This document shows positions 54,600-64,000 of a stretch of 64,000 bases of DNA, one piece after another. The stretch comes from Tubiluchus corallicola (taxonomy: Eukaryota > Animalia > Priapulida), in NCBI GenBank assembly GCA_030141605.1, contig JAQGDQ010000445.1, positions 124,001 through 188,000 of the forward strand, written 5' to 3'. A program made the position numbers and the translations under genes. The notes below the pieces were generated by a model, which had not been told where the DNA came from, did no database searches, and saw only the letters and a program-made list of their open reading frames with translations. Each line of letters opens with the position of its first letter. The stretch's first letter is position 1.

Positions 54600-55040
54600 A
54601 CTCTAGTTACGGTTACCGAAATCCTTCCTACACTGCTATCCAACAATGGACTCAACTCCCTCCTTGAGGAAAAGAATTTCAATTACAACGTTTTAAAAAG
54701 CTGATTTGTTACTAAATCATTACCTAACCTGCTAATTGGCGTTTTTAAATACCTCTAATCTCATTTGTCTGTATTATTATCATTAATTGCTTTTATAGCT
54801 GAATATTGTTTTAACTTTGAGCTATTTTGTATGTGTTTCCCTGTCTGCACCATGCACGTGTTTGCGCCGTCTGGTGGTGAGTCTCGAAAGCTCACGCTCC
54901 TACTCTCCTCGAAGCTGATTTGAACAATTTCCAAACTGTACCTGTATTTATTATTGTATTGTTATTATCATTATGTATTTAGTTTACTGTTTTGTGTTGC
55001 AAATCGGCCAAATAAAAAAACTATTGAATTGAAATGAATT
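54600..55040 (+). mobile_element. Decayed L2/Crack-like LINE 3' end
   Basis: SYGYRNPSYTAIQQWTQLP..FKKL-like motif; AATAAA followed by a (TTGAA)n tail. Confidence 0.55.
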
Positions 55041-55163
55041 TAACTCGTTTTTTGTAAGATTGTTAATTTTATAATGCTAATATAATTTTCCCTGTATTAA
55101 TGTCAATAAAGACGCTCTAAGTAACTATATATGAGACGAAACGTCGCAAAATTTCTGACTATA

Positions 55164-55634
55164 CGGTCATACCTCTGTTTTCGACCGTAATTCGTTCCTA
55201 AAAAGTGTTTGAAAACCGATTTGGTTGAGAACCGAATCATTTATTCCCGTATGAAATACTGTAAAAGCAAATAATCCGTTCTCAAGCACCAAATGAACTG
55301 CAAAGTATTACTAAAATGAAATATAATAATATACATATGTTTATCTAAACAGTAGATATGATATAACTGATAAGAAAAACATAATAGAATTACTTAGAAA
55401 GAAAAACATAATTATTCCTGCATGAAAACCTTACGCGTTGGTAGCAGTGTGATGCCATACGTAGGGAAGATCGGAAACATGTGCGTGACTACTCTCGGGT
55501 GTGGTCGGTTACGTTCATCATGTGCTTGGGGGTTGGTCGAGTACCGAAATTCTGGTCGAAAACGGAGACAATTTCAACTCCAATTTTCTGGTCGAAAACC
55601 GGTACGGAGACGTTCGAAAACGGAGATATGACTG
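55164..55634. mobile_element. pogo/Tigger-like MITE
   Basis: TA-CGGTCATACCTCTGTTTTCGA ... TCGAAAACGGAGATATGACTG-TA; subterminal GGTCGAAAAC repeats. Confidence 0.88.
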
Positions 55635-55947
55635 TATTTCTTACTCTTACGAAATGATTTCCAAAAGACTGAAAAATGCAGGTCTCGGTGATTTTACGAA
55701 AACCCGTCACTAATTCCATGTTCTACAAAACAGTTTGGATAAATATCTGGGTTACACAAACACGGCAATCAGACAACAGAGCACTGAACTAAAGTTTTAT
55801 CAAAACCTACTGTGAAAGTAGATCAAATAAGTGTGTTTACATGAAACTGCAATGCGTTATTTATGATCACGACCTAAAAAAAATTAGCAAGTGCTATAGA
55901 AATTACGAACCTATAGGAATATATAACGCAATATTATAATCAATTTA

Positions 55948-56340
55948 GGAGTTTATAATTCCCACACAATTTAAATACCCTAACCCTAATCCTAATCCTA
56001 ACCCTAATTCTAACTCCAACCCTAATACTAATCCTAATCCTAACTCTAACCCTAACCCTAAACCTAATCCTAACCCTCAGTCTAATTCTAACCCTAATTC
56101 TTACCCTAACCGTAAACCAAATCCTAACCCTAATTCTAATTCTAACCCTAATCCTAATTCTAACCCTAACCTTAATCCTAATCCTAATTCTAACCCTAAC
56201 CCTAATCCTAATTCTAACCCTAACCCCTAATTCTAACCCTAACCCTAATCCTAATCCTAATTCTAACCCTAACCCTAACCCTAATCCTAATACTAATCTG
56301 TTTTACGAACTAATTTCTTGCGTGGGGAATTGTAAACTTC
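55948..56340. mobile_element. TIR element filled with degenerate telomeric (CCCTAA/TCCTAA/TTCTAA)n repeats
   Basis: GGAGTTTATAATTCCCAC ... GTGGGGAATTGTAAACTTC inverted ends; hexamer tract at 55978-56297. Confidence 0.8.
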
Positions 56341-56408
56341 AGCCATAAATTTAATTGCCACAACAATTAACACACATTTCTTTAAAATATTCAATTCCAG
56401 TATGCCTC

Positions 56409-56681
56409 AATAATAATAGTAATAGTAATAGCAAGAGCAAGAGCGAGAGCGAGAGCGAGAGCGAGAGCGAGAGCGAGAGCGAGAGCGAGAGCGAGAGCGA
56501 TAGCGATAGCGATAGCGATAGCGATAGCGATAGCGATAGCGATAGCGATAGCGATAGCGATAGCGATAGCGATAGCAATAGCAATAGCAATAGTAATAGT
56601 AATAGTAATAGTAATAGTAACAGTAACAGTAACAGTAACAGTAACAGTAACAGTAACAGTAACAATAACAATAATAATAAA
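56409..56681. repeat. Compound hexamer microsatellite
   Basis: AATAGT, AAGAGC, (GAGAGC)n, (GATAGC)n, (AATAGC)n, (AATAGT)n, (AACAGT)n, (AAT)n in order. Confidence 0.97.
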
Positions 56682-56885
56682 CTACGTTGTCCTATATATC
56701 TACAATGTTTACAATCGGAAATAAATTGTTGTTTTAATTAGCGCCAATTTTTTCATATATGCCTAAAGATCGCCCGAAAATAAGGCCAGTTGCCAGTAAA
56801 GATATAATGAGCTGCATATGCAGTAGCAAGGAAAAGGCGTGGCTATACTCCAGAGAAAGAGAATTTGTATAATGGAATCTTTTAA

Positions 56886-57349
56886 AGCACAAAAACGCCT
56901 TCATAAATAAAGCTTAAAAATTCGTCATGAAACTTTGTATCACTTACATACTAACGTATTACACACAGCGCTTGCGTTAGCAGTAGCGCTGTATAAAACT
57001 CGTAAATTTAAGCTCGGGCGATGACAGTTACGGCGCAGCCATTTTAACGTCAAGTTGTTCGAAACAAGCGTAAAGTTTGAAAAAGTAATCAGAGCGTTCG
57101 TAATTTTTCGCCAAAGCTAAAGCATAATTTACTTTACATTGTCAATAACATTAAAAACGTGTTTTGACACGTCGTAGTGGTGAGCCAGTGGTGTACACAT
57201 GGGATTGTGATTCAGTGACGTTTCACGACGTGGCGAGAACATTTTAAAGTGCCAAAAATTTTCCATTTACGTAAATGCCAAGTGGTATATAAGTAATCAA
57301 TATAACTTTGTATGGAAAGTTTTTTGGGACATAACTTTAAAATTTCCTT
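56886..57349 (-). mobile_element. Kolobok-like family B copy
   Basis: TTAA-AGCACAAAAA terminus; reverse-complement homology to the other B copies. Confidence 0.8.
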
Positions 57350-57777
57350 TTAAACAATACAGGAAATCAGGAATTTGACAGGAGATATTATAGGTTACCA
57401 AATTAGTACATTAAAACATGTACAAAAGCTCCCTTTTCTGGGTCATTCGGACAACAATGCAATTTGTTAGCCTCAGTAAATACGTTACATTATAGTGCAT
57501 ACAAGCAGTAAAACTGACACAGAAAACGTTTTACAAAGCACTCTGCGCTTGCAACTGCGCGCATGCGCACAAATGAACTACAGAAACTTCTCAAAAACAC
57601 AATTCAATAAACCTTTTCACGTGTTTCGTTGTGCGCACGCGCAGTTGCCATAGGTCAAAATTAAGTGTACTGCAGCAAGCGTCTTAATCACAACCGTCAC
57701 GTGAAATGTGGGTTAAAACAAATCCGTCTGCCGCACCAGTTCAGTAACTCCAGTGGTTTCTCGTGGACTTCGCGGAT

Positions 57778-57853
57778 ATTAATTGTGTCAAAATGTATAC
57801 TTTTTATCGGACTTTAAACTGGGTTAGTATATGAAAAATCGTTCTGTCTTCCT
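57778..57853 (-). mobile_element. Family A left-terminal fragment
   Basis: Ends TTCTGTCTTCCT-TTAA. Confidence 0.72.
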
Positions 57854-58058
57854 TTAAGGCCACCATCATTTCCGCTTGGGTGCTCGTACTGTGAACGCCC
57901 ATTTTCCCCTCAATGACGTCATTCATCAGCTGAAGAAAAGCAACGCATATATAATAAGTTCTTACAAAAAAGTAGATAGCTAATTCTGTGATACTTTTGC
58001 AAGAACATTGGATAAGCTGCAGAAGTTTGAATTAGTTTAAACAGCACGTGCTTACAGA

Positions 58059-58303
58059 AAGCTACGATGCGCTTACGAAAAGTCACGGAGTTCACCAGTG
58101 ACGTCATAATTTTCTAATGAATGGCGGCTACCACCGGGCGGATTTCTTTACATATATATGAACTTTATTTATTTTAAGTGGATAGACATACAGCAATATT
58201 ACTGATCGGAGTTTTTCCACTGTGCAACAAATACATTTTAGTTGAGAACAGAACTGTTGGTTATTAAGAATATAGTTACATAAATAATTAGTTCAAAAAC
58301 ACA
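58059..58303 (-). repeat. Family D copy
   Basis: Reverse complement of ~17685-17937. Confidence 0.85.
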
Positions 58304-58454
58304 AGTAATTCATTAGTTAACACAGAATACAGAAGCCAGATACCAGAAACGATTATCAATGTACATCATCCTATTAGTTATACAAAAGTATGATTGCTCA
58401 ATAACTGGTGTTTAATTCAAAAGTCAAAAATTCAAAATAATTCAGGTTACAATT

Positions 58455-58792
58455 CGACGTACAATTACATTACATGTTCACGACGTACAATTACATTACA
58501 TGTTCACGACGTAAAATTACATTACATGTTCACGACGTACAATTACATTACATGTTCACGACGTACAATTACATTACATGTTCACGACGTAAAATTACAT
58601 TACATGTTCACGACGTACAATTACATTACATGTTCACGACGTAAAATTACATTACATGTTCACGACGTACAATTACATTACATGTTCACGACGTACAATT
58701 ACATTACATGTTCACGACGTAAAATTACATTACATGTTCACGACGTACAATTACATTACATGTTCACGACGTACAATTACATTACATGTTCA
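58455..58792. repeat. Minisatellite, 26-bp unit x13
   Basis: CGACGTA(C/A)AATTACATTACATGTTCA. Confidence 0.98.
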
Positions 58793-58993
58793 ATCAATTA
58801 GCAAAACGTTTAATAGACTTTATGTAGTTCTGTAACAATTTGAAGAGAATACTACTGGATGGATGACCTAATCTGAGTTTATGAAAAATGTCGTTCTAAA
58901 TAATAGCAGGTCTAGGGTTGGCGTGTAATTCATGAGTTACGTGCGATAATAACAGAGCTGCTGCCAATAATAGTGTTCTGTGCACGTCTCAGC

Positions 58994-59334
58994 TTGAACA
59001 CTCGAAAAATAATGGCATATTTTTTTACAGCGGAGTATAAACTAACTATATGTTTCTATAGACATTTTTTTCAAATTTCTTTGTTATATTTTCGTAAGTT
59101 TACGTGATAACAGTAAAAATAACTCGTCCTTTCCTTTAAATACGTTACGACTCATAATTTGAACACACAAAAAATAATGGCGTATTTCTTTACAGGGGTA
59201 GTATAAACTAACTTTTTGTTTCTATAGACATTTTTTGCAAATTTCTTTGATATATTTTCCTAAGTTTAAGTGATAACAGTAAAATAAACCCAACATGTTA
59301 AATGACTTGTTCTTTCCTTTAAAAACGTTACGAC
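58994..59334. repeat. Diverged tandem duplication, ~165-175 bp x2
   Basis: TTGAACAC...AAAAATAATGGC.TATT...GTTTCTATAGACATTTTT...CTTTCCTTTAAA.ACGTTACGAC. Confidence 0.88.
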
Positions 59335-59688
59335 ACAAATTCAATGGCAGTTTAACCAAAGGCCTATAAAGTAGCCAAAACACGGTAACAGCATTACTAT
59401 AATCAGGGCTGCAGTTTTATTAAAAGCAGCCAAAAAACAGCGCCATGTCACGCGAGACGAGATTTACGGCGATTGTGAACAGAAATATTGGCAGGTGTAA
59501 AAGCTCAAAAGGAGAAGGAGAAAGAGAGACATTGAAACTTGTGAAGTGTACCGTGATGAAAGCGTAATGATGGTGATAAACTTGCAAATAGTAATATAAG
59601 AATCCTAGTTAGAGCTACGATTATCTTTGTCAAATACTCAAGCACGTATGTACAGTATATACACAGCACGGGAAGAGAAATTCACAGT

Positions 59689-59689
<1 letters not shown>

Positions 59690-59767
<78 letters not shown>

Positions 59768-59847
59768 AAGGGAGAACGAGAAAGAGAATACGAGAAAGAG
59801 AGAGAGGAAGGGAGAGAGAGAAAGAGACAGAGAGACGAAAAGGGAGG
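59690..59847. repeat. (GA)n microsatellite
   Basis: Directly visible. Confidence 0.96.
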
Positions 59848-60417
59848 ACATTTCTATCAACCGAGGTTAAAAATCCGTTCATGTCTCATATTTTTAATTT
59901 ACCACGAATGCATACATGGTGTATCATTTCGCACCGCAACGAGAAATGTCAAAAGTTGCACGCTCTTCCACGTAGTGTCTTTTCTCTGGCCAGGAAGCCA
60001 AGTAAGCTTATTGCATGCATCAGACGGGCTTCACAATCATTTTGTACTAGCTGTAACCAGGCACGTACGATCGATACGCCAACGTTTACTCACTCAACAA
60101 TAGATATCTAGTTCAAGGCGCTCAGACACACGCTGATAGATTGTAGCATTACGTGTTTGCCACTACTATAAGACGATTTTTTATGACTATTACAGCAGAC
60201 AAGGCCATTAGGAAAACTGCGTGCACGACTGGCTGAGTGGTGGCGCTGCAATAGCTCCCTGCGAGGAAGAGGAATACAAAACTAAACTTAAAATTAATCC
60301 AAAATTGTTTGGAGTGCAGAATGCTAAGCTGAACTATACCTATAAAACATGCAGAAAAAGTTATTTAAAATAAATAAATAAATTTGGGTTAGAAACAGTT
60401 TTCTGTGTATCAGTCTG

Positions 60418-60426
60418 CCTTTCTCC

Positions 60427-60470
<44 letters not shown>

Positions 60471-60545
60471 TCCTCTCTCTCTCTTGCTATTTCTCTCCGT
60501 TCTCTCTGTCCCTCTATTTCTCTCTCTCTTTCTCCGTCTCTCTCT

Positions 60546-60637
<92 letters not shown>

Positions 60638-60665
60638 CCTCTCTCGTTCTCTCTCTCTCTCTTTC
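60418..60665. repeat. (CT)n microsatellite
   Basis: Directly visible. Confidence 0.96.
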
Positions 60666-60799
60666 AATCTTTCTCCTACATGTCTTTTACTGCCACCTTT
60701 CTTTGTGACCTTCATTTAGTCATGAATTTTCAATTGGCCTTTACCGAACATGAGAATTTGTCCTGCATTATAGGTATAATGGTACAAATCAACAGTTAA

Positions 60800-61329
60800 A
60801 GGAAAACAAAATTATTTTTCACATCAGATCCCATGTTGAAGTGCGGTAACAAGTTTACATTTTAACACCTATAATAAAATCAAAGCATGAGCAAGCCCAA
60901 CTAGTGATGACGTCACAAACGAACATAATTTCCAACAGCTTAAACACTCCATGAGCGTGTTGCCAGTATTTGCTACAGCGGAAAAATTGTAGTGCTACTG
61001 TACGACATTCAGTGTGATAGAAAGCTTCTGCTGCAAATTTCAAATTCAAATTTGCTGTTATGCTCATGCATGGGTTCTCGAACGTGTGCACTACGCCACA
61101 ACCGAATACTTATGAGCTGAGAGGTACAGCACCAGTTTTTAGTACAACGCGTTTCCGAGATACAGGCGTTAGTGCCCATCTAACTGGCGAATGGTGAAAT
61201 GCATGTAATAGCGAAGAACTAGCCGCGCGAACGCGATAATTACGTTTCAAAGGTAATAATTCCTTCACGTATTACAGCCATTCTTAAAAAAATAGCACGT
61301 TCTAGTTTAAGATTGGGCCCGGTTTTCCT
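60800..61329 (+). mobile_element. Kolobok-like family A, diverged full copy
   Basis: TTAA-AGGAAAAC ... CCGGTTTTCCT-TTAA. Confidence 0.82.
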
Positions 61330-62018
61330 TTAATTGAATTTTGATACTAAACTAGAAAGATAGGAAAAGCAAAAAGTTGGAGCACAGCCCTGTATGCTCT
61401 ATAGCAAATACTTTCTCTGTAGAGACCAAACATAAACACGTTTTGCACGCACGCACGCACACACACACACACACACACGCACGCACACATTTTTCAACGT
61501 ACATTAACTTTGTGTGTTAAAAGAATTCACACCCGTCTTAGCGTGAACAAGAGCAATTTTGAAATTTTCGTAATAGTTTCCGTAAATTAGTTATGACTTA
61601 ATATAGGCGTGTTATTTTCAAAAACTGAATGGCGCCTGTTCATACAATGAGACCTTGCTTTACATACGCAAGTAGGTGATTATCTTAAAGTTGAGAAGAA
61701 CCATTAAAGCAGGCGGAGTCGAGGGTAGACTGGCACAGGATATTAACCATTGTCTTGCGATGTGTACGCCTAATTTACCATATGCAAATACCACCACCTG
61801 ACAATACACAGACGTGGTAGTGTCATTAGATAACGCCAAACCTCGAGAGTGCTCTTCACAAGACAAAAGCTGCAGTTTCAGGGTCCTGCGACAGCCAAGT
61901 CAGCAGACGCAGACCACATGCATGAGCAAATTTGCCCTATGTGCTGTACACTTGAAGTTTTTTCAAATTTACCAAATAACGTACTTGACGTCAATAAATT
62001 TATTCCTAACAAGTGAGC

Positions 62019-62995
62019 AAGTAAGTAGGTAAGCAATTTATTATCATCATAGCATAATACATGCAATGAAATTTACGTGGTCTTACGTACTGCAATAACT
62101 TATAAAAACAACAAGGAGATTAATTCACAAGAAAACCCTTCATAAACGTAAAGCTTAAAAAAATCGTTTTGAAATTTTATATCGCTTACATACTGCCTTT
62201 TTGCAATCAGGACTTCAATCGGCAGTGACGCTGTATAAAACATGTAAATTTAAACTCCCGCGATGATCGTTAGACGCAGCCATTTTCACGACAGGTCATT
62301 TGAAACAAGTTTAGATTACATTTTGTAAAGTTTGTAAAAATAATCAGAGCATTCGTAGCGCACAAGTCACCAACTAAATTAAATTTAAAATTACTGTATC
62401 TTGTCAATAAGATTAAAAATACGTTTTTGGTTAGTGAGCGGTGCACCCTGGAGGGTGAGTCAGCGACATTTTACCAATTGGTGAAAACATTTTAAATAAT
62501 TAATAATTTTGTTTTCTACTTATATAAGTCTTTCTAGTAGGTAAGCGAAAATCTAAGTAATATAGATTTGCACGGAAAGTCTTTTCAGACAATTTAACAT
62601 TGCTTTCTCTTCCCTTCATTTACGTTTGGTACATGACGTCATGTAATGGCGACTTCAGAACAGTATTGCGGGAGATTTAAAATGAAAACAAACTAAAATT
62701 CCTTTCAGTGTGAGTACGACGTACGCATGAAATTGCTATAAAGTAATATAATTTTTTAAGGCGGTTTTTCTGAAGCCTACTTCAGGTACCCCTTTCTTGT
62801 CCTTTAACACAAATAATTCAATCAGTTGTACAGTAACATAGAGAATTTATATCGGAGATTTACGGGTGGTGCGAATTGCAACGGGATAGAGAGAATTTAT
62901 AAACTTCTTGTGGTTTTAGCGTTAATTTAGCGGTATCCACGACCAGAGGGGAGCATTTCAAAGCATTTATTACCTGGATGGAATTCATCTTTCAT
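62019..62995 (-). mobile_element. Rex1/Babar-like LINE 3' end, copy 2, split by a family B insertion
   Basis: 62019-62123 and 62804-62995 match 29768-30072; minus strand KDEFHPGNKCFEMLPSGRGYR*INAKTTR. Confidence 0.87.
62124..62803 (-). mobile_element. Kolobok-like family B, full-length copy (680 bp)
   Basis: TTAA duplicated at 62120-62123 and 62804-62807; ends TTCACAAGAAA / TTTCTTGTCCT; empty site visible at ~29870. Confidence 0.9.
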
Positions 62996-63606
62996 GTGTT
63001 CAATGGTTCACTGGTTAGTCTCGCTAACTTTGGCGACGTAATGAATTATTAGTTTTACTGAGAATTTTGCGACAGAAACTGAACACAAGTTTTAACAGCG
63101 CAAAAAAGAATCGTTCAAATGTCAAATGGAAAATTTATCAACCAGTTAGAGGCTTTTAAAATTAAACACAACAGAGGAACAATGTAAGCTTAGACAGTCG
63201 CATTAAATTTAAAATAAATTTTCCAAATCCATCATGGCTGCGGTTGCTGCCACCGGATTTTTGGCCCCGTACAAGCTATTGAGTAAACTTAGTAAAATTC
63301 TCATAGGCGATCTATAATACTATAAGAAACGTAAACTGTTATTTCAGCAAATTCCTCTAGAGGCGCTACAGTCGTCTTAGCTTTAGTAACTATCAAACAG
63401 ACAAGAGCCGCGACTAGATGAAAAACAGTAAAAAATCTTATAAATTACGCTACCCGCAGTAGCTTGAACATCAAAATTTCTTTTAAACAGAGCCAACCAA
63501 CCAAACAATAAAAAATCGATAAATAACAGTGCGCATGCAAAAAATCGATAAATAACACAGTGCGCATGCGCTCAAATAGCAATTTATCGCCTCTAGGTGT
63601 ACTCAC

Positions 63607-63683
63607 CTGCCTGTCGTCAAAAGAGTCTTAATTTTCGCTGTCAAAATCTAGTGAACGTCTGTTAAACAGCTTCGTACAAAGTT
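63607..63683 (-). other. Candidate 77-nt non-coding exon
   Basis: Minus-strand acceptor CTTTTTTTACTTCATTTTCAG| and donor GCAG|GTGAGT, both close to consensus; stops in all three frames. Confidence 0.4.
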
Positions 63684-63875
63684 CTGAAAATGAAGTAAAA
63701 AAAGTAAGTAAACAATTTAGAGAAAGTACAGGAGAATATGACCACTTTCATACAAATGTTGTCTCAAGCACTTCGTTACTTTTACAAGAGCTAATTTTGG
63801 GCGTTACTTTAACCCAAATCTTCAGCAGAATATTTTTACATACAAAAAGGCTCAACGCTCCAGATATGTATTTAA

Positions 63876-64000
63876 AGGAAGACAGGATGATTTTTCATAT
63901 ATAACCCAATTTTCAAGTACGATAAAAAGTATACATTTTAACACAATTAATACAGCAAAACCATTTCTGTTAATTAAATAATAGATTAAAAACTTTAATA
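63876..64000 (+). mobile_element. Kolobok-like family A, left end (runs off the window)
   Basis: TTAA-AGGAAGACAGGATGATTTTTCATAT... Confidence 0.85.

Noticed and set aside
55978-56297. Relic of a telomere or chromosome fusion
   Set aside because: Single orientation, enclosed by inverted ends that recur at 42701; better explained as transposon cargo.

Overview
AT-rich (roughly one third GC by eye) animal genomic DNA, most likely from a marine invertebrate with TTAGGG-type telomeric repeats. It is not prokaryotic. I found no intact protein-coding gene, tRNA, rRNA or CRISPR array. The only ORF-track entries with recognisable protein motifs are decayed non-LTR retrotransposon fragments: CR1-like, RTE-X-like, Rex1/Babar-like and L2/Crack-like 3' ends, plus an inverted pair of RT-domain fragments. 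The window is dense in non-autonomous DNA transposons: three TTAA-flanked Kolobok-like families, hAT-like elements with 8-bp and 6-bp TSDs, three pogo/Tigger-like MITEs, a piggyBac-like MITE and a TIR element filled with telomeric repeats. It also holds two tRNA-derived SINE remnants, about a dozen minisatellites and many microsatellites. Between the repeats lie many GC-richer unique islands rich in homeodomain, E-box and CRE motifs. These, a promoter-like island at ~28.4-29.2 kb and isolated minus-strand splice signals suggest a large intron or regulatory landscape of a gene whose coding exons lie outside the window (inference). I could not support a new biological system from the sequence alone. 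The most interesting items are TE nesting verified by an internal empty site, the telomere-repeat-carrying element, a satellite with YY1/AP-1 motifs and dimeric higher-order structure, and TAGGCCTA enrichment. All coordinates were read by eye and family names are motif-based, not database-confirmed.
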